Shown: in pieces, positions 55,999-64,000 of the stretch
Layout of the letters: each line of letters opens with the position of its first letter
Position numbering within the stretch: position 1 is the first letter of the stretch
Assembly: GCA_050246315.1 (NCBI GenBank)
Contig: JBFWWG010000002.1
Span: 396,811-460,810, forward strand
Direction: 5' to 3'
Origin: Nitrospiraceae bacterium
Lineage (GTDB): Bacteria; Nitrospirota; Nitrospiria; Nitrospirales; Nitrospiraceae
DNA: 64,000 bases
Notes under the pieces: model-generated
What the model saw: the letters and a program-made list of their open reading frames with translations, nothing else
Database searches by the model: none
What the model was told of the DNA's origin: nothing
Made by a program: the position numbers and the translations under genes

Positions 55999-57273
55999 AT
56001 GACCACGACCTTCATTCCGTTCACGCGCATCAACGGCCTCTCCAACCGCCGTCGCTACCCGATCATCGGCAAGATTCGCCTGGGCATCCGAGCGCTCGGC
56101 AAGAGCGGCAGCTATCCCGTCGAAACCCCCTACTTCGTCGTGCCGAAGGAGGTCCAAGAACTCTATGGGGAGAAACCCACCGAGCTGGACGTCATGTTTC
56201 CTTCCAACAGTCCGGATCTGATTTTTCCCCAATCCCTCCGATGGTACGGAAACTCCCATGGGCTGAAATGCATCGGGAACAGGAAACAGGCCCAGCGCCT
56301 CGACGAACGCACCTTCCGATTCGAGCCGCGCGAATGCCCCTGCGAACTCCTTGAGAAAGGAGAGTGCTCGGAGCGCGCGCAGCTGCTCGTCATGCTTCCC
56401 AGGATCAGCATGGCCGGTCTCTATCAGATCGACATCGGCAGCTCGAACAGCATGATCGACATCAACTCCTACTTTGACTGGATGAATACCCACATCGGGC
56501 GGTTCGCGATGATCCAGCTCAAACTGCGACGGGTCCCGCGCCACATAACCCACAAAGGCCAGCCCCGCACCCATTACCCGCTCGCCCTCCGCTTCGACGG
56601 GTCGGCGGCCGACATCGAGGAGTTGAAAAAGCAGAACGCGGGAATCCTCAGCAAGCTGGGTTCCATCGAAGTCCAGGAACCGGAGGACACCAATCCGGCC
56701 ATGGATCCGAATGCCACGATGATCCTCGAACACGACCTCCCGAAGGCGTTGTCCCTGAACGGACCCGGCTCTGAGCAGGCCGAGAGCGCCACGTCCGAGC
56801 CGTCGGCGACCTCGGGTCCGGCACGAGCCGTGGAACAGGCCGATCAATCCCCCTCTGCCGCTCCCGACACGCCGGCAGCGCCACCGATGACCGAGCCCCA
56901 GAAACGACGCATTCTGCGACGAGCCAAGGAAGCGGGATTGGCCGAGGACCTCATTCTCGCCAAGATCCACCACCTGACGAAGAAAGAGGCGTCGGCACTG
57001 ATTTCCCAACTCGACCGCCAGGACCATTCGTTATTCGACGCCGCTGCTCCGGCCACGGCGCCAGCACTTTCGGGTCCGCGGTCTGAGGTATTGGAACCCC
57101 GCGCGAACGGAACGCCAAAGGCCAACGAGCGCCTGACCCCGATGACCCGCGTCCAATTCAAGACGAGCAGCGACGCGACCGCATTCGATCAAGCAGCAGA
57201 CGGTGAAGCCCCAGTGGCAGATGGCGGAGGGGTCCCCCCTTTCCTTCCCAATACGGAAGGAGTCGAATTCTAA
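55999..57273 (+). CDS. Gp3-like (recombination directionality factor-like) protein
   Basis: P.IGKIRLG, YF, P.EL.V.FP, C.GN, CPC....C, S.NS motifs; AGGAGG RBS. Confidence 0.7.
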   Translation: MTTTFIPFTRINGLSNRRRYPIIGKIRLGIRALGKSGSYPVETPYFVVPKEVQELYGEKPTELDVMFPSNSPDLIFPQSLRWYGNSHGLKCIGNRKQAQRLDERTFRFEPRECPCELLEKGECSERAQLLVMLPRISMAGLYQIDIGSSNSMIDINSYFDWMNTHIGRFAMIQLKLRRVPRHITHKGQPRTHYPLALRFDGSAADIEELKKQNAGILSKLGSIEVQEPEDTNPAMDPNATMILEHDLPKALSLNGPGSEQAESATSEPSATSGPARAVEQADQSPSAAPDTPAAPPMTEPQKRRILRRAKEAGLAEDLILAKIHHLTKKEASALISQLDRQDHSLFDAAAPATAPALSGPRSEVLEPRANGTPKANERLTPMTRVQFKTSSDATAFDQAADGEAPVADGGGVPPFLPNTEGVEF

Positions 57274-57416
57274 GAGGACGGTGTCTCGACCAAACTTGTG
57301 GAAACTGATTACATAATCTTCACGCCATTCTATATATACATTAACCGTTTTGACACCCATATTATTTTGAAGTACGATATAGCCATCAATCGGGACTCAT
57401 AGGGGCATAGGATGAC

Positions 57417-57638
57417 ATGAAGACCACTATCGAAATCGATCAGCATCTCCTGCGACAGGCTCAGAAGGCGCTTGGCACGGACACCATCAAAGGCACCGTC
57501 GAAGCCAGTCTACGAACGGTCATCCGCCAGGGTCAGTTACAGAAACTCGCGGATGCGCTCGGGACGATTCCCCTCGACCTGACGCCCGACCAGCTGCGAC
57601 AGCAACGGCGCAAACGGACCTCGCATGTATCTCGTTGA
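57417..57638 (+). CDS. vapB: VapB antitoxin
   Basis: MKTTIEID..LL..A...LG..T....VE..L; overlaps vapC. Confidence 0.88.
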   Translation: MKTTIEIDQHLLRQAQKALGTDTIKGTVEASLRTVIRQGQLQKLADALGTIPLDLTPDQLRQQRRKRTSHVSR

Positions 57639-58038
57639 CACGTCCGTGTGGATCCATGCCCTGCGTCCAGCCGGTCATCCCGAAATCCGTGCACGACTCA
57701 AGCCGTTGATCCTCAGCGGGGACACCGCGATCACCGAGTGGATTCTCCTCGAACTGATGACGGGCCTCACGAAGTCCGAACATCCGGATACCTTGTTGCA
57801 GTGGTTTGCTCCCGTGACACGCCTTCCGTTCGAGGTGGTCTGGTGGGAAAAGGCCTGGCAGAATGCGGGTCGACTAAGAAAACACGGAGTGTCGCCCACA
57901 GCTGCGGATTGTCTCATCGCCACGGTCGCGGTGGAGCACCGCGTTACCTTGATCCATTGCGACGCCGATTTCGAAGCCATGCATCCGGCGCTTCAGTTGC
58001 AGACCCTCGATTGGACGCAATACCTCACGAGGTCCTAA
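57625..58038 (+). CDS. vapC: VapC PIN-domain toxin
   Basis: YLVDTSVWI, ELMTG, DCLIA..A, H.D.DF. Confidence 0.92.
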   Translation: MYLVDTSVWIHALRPAGHPEIRARLKPLILSGDTAITEWILLELMTGLTKSEHPDTLLQWFAPVTRLPFEVVWWEKAWQNAGRLRKHGVSPTAADCLIATVAVEHRVTLIHCDADFEAMHPALQLQTLDWTQYLTRS

Positions 58039-58246
58039 ACACAGCTTCTGGTGCGTGAGATTCATGATCGCGCATGTCGCAGCCGCCGAAGCGTCACCAG
58101 TCAAGATGGTCGTGTCGGCAAGTTTTCCCTCGAACGAAAGGCGGCCGTCCTCCAGTGGCTGAGACCGCTTCGCATTTCACACCGCCAGTGCCGTTGAAGG
58201 ATCAGCGATACGGCAGGCACTTCCATGCGACAGACCGCAGGGCCTG

Positions 58247-58286
58247 AAAATACGAAGGGCTGACAGGATCTCACTCCCGTCAGCCC
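58247..58286 (-). terminator. Intrinsic terminator after the XRE gene
   Basis: GGGCTGAC/GTCAGCCC stem followed on - by TTCGTATTTT. Confidence 0.65.
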
Positions 58287-58305
58287 GCTTCATTGCACAC
58301 CCGGC

Positions 58306-58983
58306 TTATTTTTTCTCACCGACCTCGACCTTGGCAGCCTGCAAGCCTTGAATCAACTTCATCCAAGCGGGCGGCAGGACACTAGCGAGTTCCCCCAAGG
58401 CCTTCCCTGAAATGTTCCGGAGCGCATCGAAGAGCCCAACCTCCCCCTCCTCTTTTCCCACAAGCGGCAGCATCCAATCCGGGAAATATCCCGCTGCAAC
58501 CAGGTAGTCCTCGACCGGCTGGTCCAATGCCACAGCCAAGGCTCTCACCTCACTCTTCGTCAAGCCCGCCAGCCCTGCCGCCACCAACCCAAGCCGCCCA
58601 TTGAAGCCCAACTGCGCATCCAAGAGTCTGATTTCGGTTTCCGATCGTCCTTTGAGATCAGCCTGAACCCGCCGTTGGAACTCCTCCGGCATGTTCTCTT
58701 CCCCTCGAGGCGAAAGATGGGCCGCGACTTCAGGAGAGACGATCAATCGCGCACGCGCCAGGAGGAGGCTATGCGTCACCGCTGCCCGCTCCTGAAGATC
58801 CGCACAACAAACCCGTGCGATGGCCCGCAGCGTTTCATCGCTCGGCAACGCCCCGCTCTGTTCATCCTCGATCTGGTACAGGTGCGCCGGAGACATCTTG
58901 AGCTGGCGAGCCAACTCTCTCGGGTTCAATCCCGCCCGCGTCCGCACCTCGCGAATCAAATTCCACAGGGCCGTCTCGGCCAT
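58306..58983 (-). CDS. XRE-family HTH regulator (probably two HTH-like units)
   Basis: IREVR..AGL..RELA..L.MS..HL.QIE...PSDETL..IA; AAGGAG RBS. Confidence 0.85.
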   Translation of the reverse strand: MAETALWNLIREVRTRAGLNPRELARQLKMSPAHLYQIEDEQSGALPSDETLRAIARVCCADLQERAAVTHSLLLARARLIVSPEVAAHLSPRGEENMPEEFQRRVQADLKGRSETEIRLLDAQLGFNGRLGLVAAGLAGLTKSEVRALAVALDQPVEDYLVAAGYFPDWMLPLVGKEEGEVGLFDALRNISGKALGELASVLPPAWMKLIQGLQAAKVEVGEKK

Positions 58984-59015
58984 CCTGACTCCTTATCTAT
59001 AAACCAACTGATAGA

Positions 59016-59194
59016 CGTATAACAAAGTTAGTCATGCGTGTAAAGAACAGGCTATCTCAAAATACCATCAATTTTTAATGTTTTGTATTTTCAATTAGTT
59101 ACGATCATTATGCCTGAATCTGTATTACTCAGGAAGCGACAGGTTACTGTAGTTAGTATCCCTCTTGATCTCTGTTAACTAGTTTACATACAAT
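59016..59194. promoter_or_regulatory. Divergent promoter region: TTGATC-N18-TACAAT (+, 59165-59194) and TTTACA-N17-TATACG (-, 59044-59016)
   Basis: AT-rich spacer between divergent genes with near-consensus hexamers. Confidence 0.5.
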
Positions 59195-59563
59195 ACCATT
59201 TCAACTCCAGGCTGGAGTTCGCTTTAAGCGCAGTCAACATGAAACTTCAAGAATCTACACACGCGAACCCTCGCTCAGCCCACCGTGCCCCGATTCATTC
59301 GTCCGGCTTGATCGAGTCATCTGTACGGCTCCATCCAATTTTCTACGACATCAGTTTCCGGAACCCACCTTCCTCCAGCGCGCCTGCCTTCCTGTGCGTC
59401 TGCCAGCCTTTCTCCATGAGACCAGAACCCATCCGTGTTTCTCCGCCGAGAATTGCAACATTCGGTGTAGAGGTACCAGTCTTCCTTTCGATCAAGTCTC
59501 TTCAGTTCACAGCGCTGTTCATGTCTGCCACTTTGTTCATCTCCATAAGGGAAAGGGATCATC

Positions 59564-60166
59564 ATGTTCGTGCCTTCAAACGCTTCGTTGCACCTCGCCA
59601 ATCCTCAGAACGCCATCTTCGAACTCTGGCAGAAGCACGACAGACTCATCGAGGCGGTCATCGACCGCTACCACTGCCTCGATCCGGCCGTCAGCCGAGA
59701 AGATCTCAAGCAACAATCGTTCATCGCCTTCGTTGAGGGCCTGGCGAACTACGACTTCACGAAAGGGGCGCACTGCCAACTGAGCAGCTATATTTACCGA
59801 TTCCTCCAAAAGGAGTTCCACCGGCTCGTTCCGGGCAGGGACAAAATCGTGCTCGTCGAGGATCCCAGCGGCACCTTCCTCAAATTCATCGAATACTCGA
59901 CCTACGAAAAACGGAAGCGAGAATTCCAGCAGCTTGGCTACCGCACCACCATCCTCTCTCGCATCGAGCGATTCCAGGAGACCTCGTTCCAGGATGCGCG
60001 AGACGAGGCCAGTGAGGATTCTCAGGAGGTACCCGGCTCACAGGATGGTCTCGCCGATGACGTCCACAAGATCGATGTCTCATCCCCGGACGTCGGAGAC
60101 TCGATCCCGGCATGGATGGACGCACGGCACTCGGAGCGATTCAGTGAAGACCAGCCTGCTCGTTAA
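59564..60166 (+). CDS. Sigma70-family region-2-like protein with no recognisable region 4
   Basis: REDLKQQSFIAFVEGLANYDFTKG...LSSYIY resembles sigma region 2.2-2.3; acidic disordered C-terminus. Confidence 0.7.
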   Translation: MFVPSNASLHLANPQNAIFELWQKHDRLIEAVIDRYHCLDPAVSREDLKQQSFIAFVEGLANYDFTKGAHCQLSSYIYRFLQKEFHRLVPGRDKIVLVEDPSGTFLKFIEYSTYEKRKREFQQLGYRTTILSRIERFQETSFQDARDEASEDSQEVPGSQDGLADDVHKIDVSSPDVGDSIPAWMDARHSERFSEDQPAR

Positions 60167-60767
60167 CACCTCGAAGCAGGAGTTCCACGCGCTGGCCCGA
60201 GAACTTGGGATCGCCCATGGCCTGACCTGCCCGCGAATCGACGCGCTCGGGGAGGTCCCATACATCTCACTGCCCGCCTTCCGCCAGGTGCTGACTCGGT
60301 TCCACATCACGCATACCACCCAGCAACTCCGCCTCTGGCTCCCCCTGCCTCGCACCCATCTTCCGCCCGCCCTCCAGTTTCTGCTCTGCCACGCACCGGA
60401 GCGATGGTATCTCCTCCGGACGCGCGGCCGGGGCGGGCGCAACGGGCGCCGCTACGCCATCCCTCTCAGCTTTCTCTCGCCGGACGCCCAGGACTTCGTC
60501 CGGACCAACCAACTTGTCCGCAAGGACATCTCCGACGACACGTTGATCCACACCATCCGCACCTTGCTCGGAACCAACCCCCGACTGAGGTCGACAGAAA
60601 TCCATCGGCACTTACTGCAGGAAGGCTTCTCCATTCACTATCAAGCTGTTCGGAAAGCGGTCGGAACCATCAAACTGCGAGGCGTGTATGCAACCCTCTG
60701 TCATGATCCCAGTCAACCAGTTGATCGTGAACCCCGAGTACAGAGACCTGTTTCCCCCGCTCGCTGA
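60144..60767 (+). CDS. DNA-binding protein with Mu-like winged motif and C-terminal HTH
   Basis: W..R.RGRGG..G..Y.I...LS..AQ and LRSTEIHRHL...GFSI.Y..VRK; GTG start with GGAG RBS. Confidence 0.55.
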   Translation: MKTSLLVNTSKQEFHALARELGIAHGLTCPRIDALGEVPYISLPAFRQVLTRFHITHTTQQLRLWLPLPRTHLPPALQFLLCHAPERWYLLRTRGRGGRNGRRYAIPLSFLSPDAQDFVRTNQLVRKDISDDTLIHTIRTLLGTNPRLRSTEIHRHLLQEGFSIHYQAVRKAVGTIKLRGVYATLCHDPSQPVDREPRVQRPVSPAR

Positions 60768-61902
60768 CCCCGACTTCGACGACCTCTGCCGGAGCGTCGC
60801 GGAAGTCGGCATCCTCTGCCACTTGATCGTCGAGCGGACCGGTGACCGGTACACGATCCTCTCCGGTCACCATCGCTACGAAGCAGCCATCCGAGCCAAG
60901 TACGGCGAGGTGCCGTGCAGCATCGCCACCACGCTGGAAGAAAAGATCGCCGCCCTGTTCGACAACGTCCATCGCCGCCACCTGTCACCCCAGGACCAGG
61001 AGCGCCTTCGGCAGTGCGAGGCCGATTGGAAACGCAAGGCCCTTCAAAGCCTCATCCCGGAACTGCAGGCCCTGATTCCGTATCTTCCGGGCGAGATCAA
61101 GTTGACCCTCGCCGCCGCCTCGCCCGAACGGCAACGCGCCTATCTCACGGAGCTTCAGCAACGGCTCACCGCTCACAGCAGCTCCGCTGCACCAGTCGCC
61201 CCGGCTGCCGAGCAGAGCTCGTTGATTCACGATCTCCGGCAGCAAGTCCAGGAGAAACAGCTCCAGATCCAGTCCCTCAACAACCAGATCACCGCACTCC
61301 AACAAACGCTCAAGCAGGCGAAGTCCCTCGCCACGACCCTGACCTCGAAACAGAAGGCAACCAACGCGACCGTCGATCATGCCGTGCAGAGCCGTTTCCA
61401 GACCGAGCTTGAGGACTTCAGACAACGACTGGAGGACCTCTCCAAGCAGCTGCAAGCGGCTCACAAGGACAAGGAGACACTGGAAGAGCAACTCCAGCAG
61501 GAACGCAACCGTATCAAAGCCATGGAGGCAGAGGTCAAAGCCGCTGCGCTCCAACAGCAGCAGGCGGTCGGCCGATTCCAGGACTCGCTCCGCCACATCC
61601 CCGGCCCCGAACTCCTGTCCAACGGACTCGATTGTGCCAGTCAAATCCTTGCCACCTTGGCCGTCTATGCGAAGACGATCACGACCTGGAATCCTGGAAC
61701 CCCGGACCATGCGGCGAAGACCTTGCGCAAAGTAGAGCAACAGCTCGGACTGCTGCAGCAGGCCATTTCGGCGGCCACCCGCAGGGGACAGGACGCTCAT
61801 CCCGTCGGGAACGGGACGCCCAAACTCAGCGTGGTTGGGGCCGGTGCCTCCAAACCGAACACTGGACGGCCAAGGGATAGAGGCAAATCACTGGACGGGT
61901 GA
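60688..61902 (+). CDS. ParB/Srx N-terminal domain protein with long coiled coil
   Basis: IPVNQL..NP, L..SV...GIL..L.V, ILSGHHRYEAA, DN..RRHLS; Q-rich heptads. Confidence 0.82.
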   Translation: MQPSVMIPVNQLIVNPEYRDLFPPLADPDFDDLCRSVAEVGILCHLIVERTGDRYTILSGHHRYEAAIRAKYGEVPCSIATTLEEKIAALFDNVHRRHLSPQDQERLRQCEADWKRKALQSLIPELQALIPYLPGEIKLTLAAASPERQRAYLTELQQRLTAHSSSAAPVAPAAEQSSLIHDLRQQVQEKQLQIQSLNNQITALQQTLKQAKSLATTLTSKQKATNATVDHAVQSRFQTELEDFRQRLEDLSKQLQAAHKDKETLEEQLQQERNRIKAMEAEVKAAALQQQQAVGRFQDSLRHIPGPELLSNGLDCASQILATLAVYAKTITTWNPGTPDHAAKTLRKVEQQLGLLQQAISAATRRGQDAHPVGNGTPKLSVVGAGASKPNTGRPRDRGKSLDG

Positions 61903-61940
61903 CCATCCGTTGGGGCCAATGCTGACAGAGGGCTTCAGGA

Positions 61941-61958
61941 CCTAGCCAAGTGGCTAGG
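61941..61958. promoter_or_regulatory. Perfect 8-bp inverted repeat, candidate MarR operator
   Basis: CCTAGCCA-AG-TGGCTAGG directly upstream of the MarR-like gene. Confidence 0.35.
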
Positions 61959-61971
61959 CTGCCCCCTACGA

Positions 61972-62733
61972 ATGTCTAGGTGTGCAGAGGATCGTTTTGC
62001 TGGTATAAGAGCCATGCACCATCACAACCGTGTAAACCCTGACCCAGAGCCACGTTGCTCGATGGACTGTCTTGACACATCAACGCGCTCTCCCTGCCAC
62101 GGTGTCGCCAACGCCACGCTGGCGAAGACCACGCTCCTGCAGCGCATCCGTGTGGCCCTCAGCAAGATCAGCATCTATAACCAGATCGCCAAAGAACCCG
62201 AATCCTGCCCCTCTTCGCTGATTGAACAACAAATCCTCACGCTGCTGCTCGCCTCGCAGCTCCACAGCATGTTCCGGAGCAGCCTCGTGCGGGCGCTCGA
62301 TGTGTGCTGTTCGAGCCTCGACGACGCCATTCACCAGCTCGTCACCAAGGATCTCATTCACGTGCATCCCACCGACCTTCCCTCAAAAGACGTGCTGCTG
62401 ACTCTGGAACCAGCCGGAGCGCTCGCCGCCCATCGCCTCCTCCAATGGCCCCATGTGCTCGACTCCGTCCTTGAATCACTCAGTCCTGCCACCCAGGAGG
62501 AATTGTACGCCCACCTGCTCAACACCCTCCTGCAGCTTCAGGAGGCCAGGCAGATCCCCACCAGTCTGATGTGTCTCACCTGCCGGCACTTCCGGCCCAG
62601 GCAATACCCGGAGAATCCGGAGAAGCCGCACCATTGCGCCTTTGTCGATGCCCCATTCGGTGACCGGGACCTGCAGATCGACTGCCCTGAACATTCCGAC
62701 TCCGCCCCTCTACCGCACCGTCCCATCATCTAG
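61972..62733 (+). CDS. MarR-family regulator with C-terminal Cys/His cluster (start uncertain)
   Basis: Winged-helix-like DAI..LV.KDLI...L.L...G; MCLTCRHF...HHC..VD......L.IDCPEH. Confidence 0.75.
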   Translation: MSRCAEDRFAGIRAMHHHNRVNPDPEPRCSMDCLDTSTRSPCHGVANATLAKTTLLQRIRVALSKISIYNQIAKEPESCPSSLIEQQILTLLLASQLHSMFRSSLVRALDVCCSSLDDAIHQLVTKDLIHVHPTDLPSKDVLLTLEPAGALAAHRLLQWPHVLDSVLESLSPATQEELYAHLLNTLLQLQEARQIPTSLMCLTCRHFRPRQYPENPEKPHHCAFVDAPFGDRDLQIDCPEHSDSAPLPHRPII

Positions 62734-62818
62734 CCACTCGTTCTGTCGGAGCCCGGCGCCATCCTCTCGTTCAGGGGCGTCCGCGAGTGCCGCTCCACCT
62801 GCCGTCGCGTTGTAATAC

Positions 62819-63487
62819 ATGGGTAGATTGGACTCAGATCGCCATGATCTTCCGCCTACTCTGCTCGGGGACACGACTCGCCTGTTCCTGCGAGCAGGAC
62901 CGATGACCGCCGCAGGCAAGAGCCCGACGCGGTTCGCGTTCACCTTCCACGCGACCGTCTTCAGGAAGGATCCCGCGTTTGTCGCTCGTGTCACATGGGA
63001 CTTCACCCAACAAAAGATCCATCGCGAACACGCGCCGCTCGAACGGAAGCCAAAAGGCCGCTTTCACGCGGAGGTCACCGGAACGTTCACCGCGTCGGTC
63101 GGGGACATCATCGAGGCGCAGCGCGGACGGACGAAAGAGCGCGACAGCCGCGCGTTCTTCCTTGTCGCCCCCTCCGGGACACTGATCCTGGTCGCGTTGG
63201 CGGACGAATTGGATGACGTGATTCGCGTCGGCAACTATCTCGCCGGCCGGCTCGCGGTCGAGGACCTTGGGAAGGGAGGCTGGGTCTTCGATAAAGTGCG
63301 GAGCGATTGGCACGGCGAGCCGGTCAGTGGGGAACCGCGGCAATTTGAGTGGACGCCATCACCCAGTTCATCCCTGTCGAGAGACAACATGGATCACCGC
63401 AAACCGGATCTCCTTGACGAACTCTCACGGCCAGACGCGATTCCCGCGGCGAAGGGCAGAATCCGCCGGGTTCGCCATCCCGGCTGA
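62819..63487 (+). CDS. Hypothetical protein
   Basis: 222-aa ORF co-oriented with neighbours. Confidence 0.5.
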   Translation: MGRLDSDRHDLPPTLLGDTTRLFLRAGPMTAAGKSPTRFAFTFHATVFRKDPAFVARVTWDFTQQKIHREHAPLERKPKGRFHAEVTGTFTASVGDIIEAQRGRTKERDSRAFFLVAPSGTLILVALADELDDVIRVGNYLAGRLAVEDLGKGGWVFDKVRSDWHGEPVSGEPRQFEWTPSPSSSLSRDNMDHRKPDLLDELSRPDAIPAAKGRIRRVRHPG

Positions 63488-63555
63488 GCAGGAACCGCTC
63501 AATCCTCACGCTGTGGTAGTCCCCCAAGGGATCGGGGGAACAGCAGCGCTGGACT

Positions 63556-63888
63556 GTGGGAGGAGTCCTGCCCTCGCTGACAACGGCACCACGGCATGAG
63601 CCGCGATCAGTGGACGACCATCCTCGCTGGCTTGACCCCGACGACACTCCTGTCAGTGACATCATGGTTCCGCTGAGTCCGAACATAACGATCGCCGGCA
63701 ATTCCTCGGTGCAACAGGCCGTGGACTGCATGCTGGTTCGCGGGCGAGATCAGCTGCTTGTGTTTGATGGCTCCACGTTTCCCGGATTGCTCACCCGGTC
63801 CGCCATCACGCGGATGAGAGCGGCGGTGCCTGAGCGGGACCGTGCTTGGTGGCGTCTGGGGAAGCCGCCGGGGACTCGGCCGACATGA
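63556..63888 (+). pseudogene. CBS-domain fragment
   Basis: PVSDIM.P....I....SVQQAV..M......L.V.DG....GLLTR is a single CBS repeat with no convincing start. Confidence 0.5.
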
Positions 63889-64000
63889 GGGGACTGACCA
63901 CGGGGAACTTCACATTTGCATAGAGAGGCGTCGTATCCAAGGTCTGGCCCTTATACGTCTGCCCGTACGTGCGGAAATAAAACCACCGTTTCGGGAGCGA

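Noticed and set aside
59239..59736. 165-aa ORF upstream of the sigma-like gene
   Set aside because: No RBS or motifs, and it overlaps the sigma-like ORF in another frame; more likely leader sequence.
60144..60767. Mu-like transposase or prophage
   Set aside because: Only a short DNA-binding-like motif; no DDE domain, MuB or phage structural genes.

Overview
This window is part of a large conjugative element (plasmid or ICE) with roughly 60% GC by eye; the host cannot be determined from the sequence. It carries an F-type (MPF-F) transfer system on the minus strand in two blocks: recD2-traA-L-E-K-B-dsbC-V-C-S26 peptidase-trbC/W-U-F-H-G (53.9-33.6 kb), and nusA-like/DUF1845-like/lipoprotein/ybjQ/traN/lytic transglycosylase/nusG-like/HD-domain relaxase-like/two membrane proteins (26.2-17.8 kb). 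Between the blocks are two CsgG-like lipoproteins and an integron cassette array. The array has six cassettes, five clear attC sites plus one degenerate one, an attI-like site and a Pc-like promoter, but no intI gene. Three cassette proteins look HEPN-like. Elsewhere there is a Sir2-effector Lamassu/ABC three-component defence system, parM/parR, a SF1 helicase-SLOG-RNase H-SSB-DUF488 cluster, a Cas4-like nuclease/Gp3-like pair, vapBC, and an XRE gene divergent from a sigma-region-2-only/HTH/ParB operon. The most unusual signal is an element-encoded set of truncated transcription factors: a NusA without its N-terminal domain, a compact NusG paralogue and a sigma factor without region 4. No coupling protein (TraD), replication initiator, integrase, CRISPR array, tRNA or rRNA was recognised. 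All product calls come from motif recognition by eye, not database searches.
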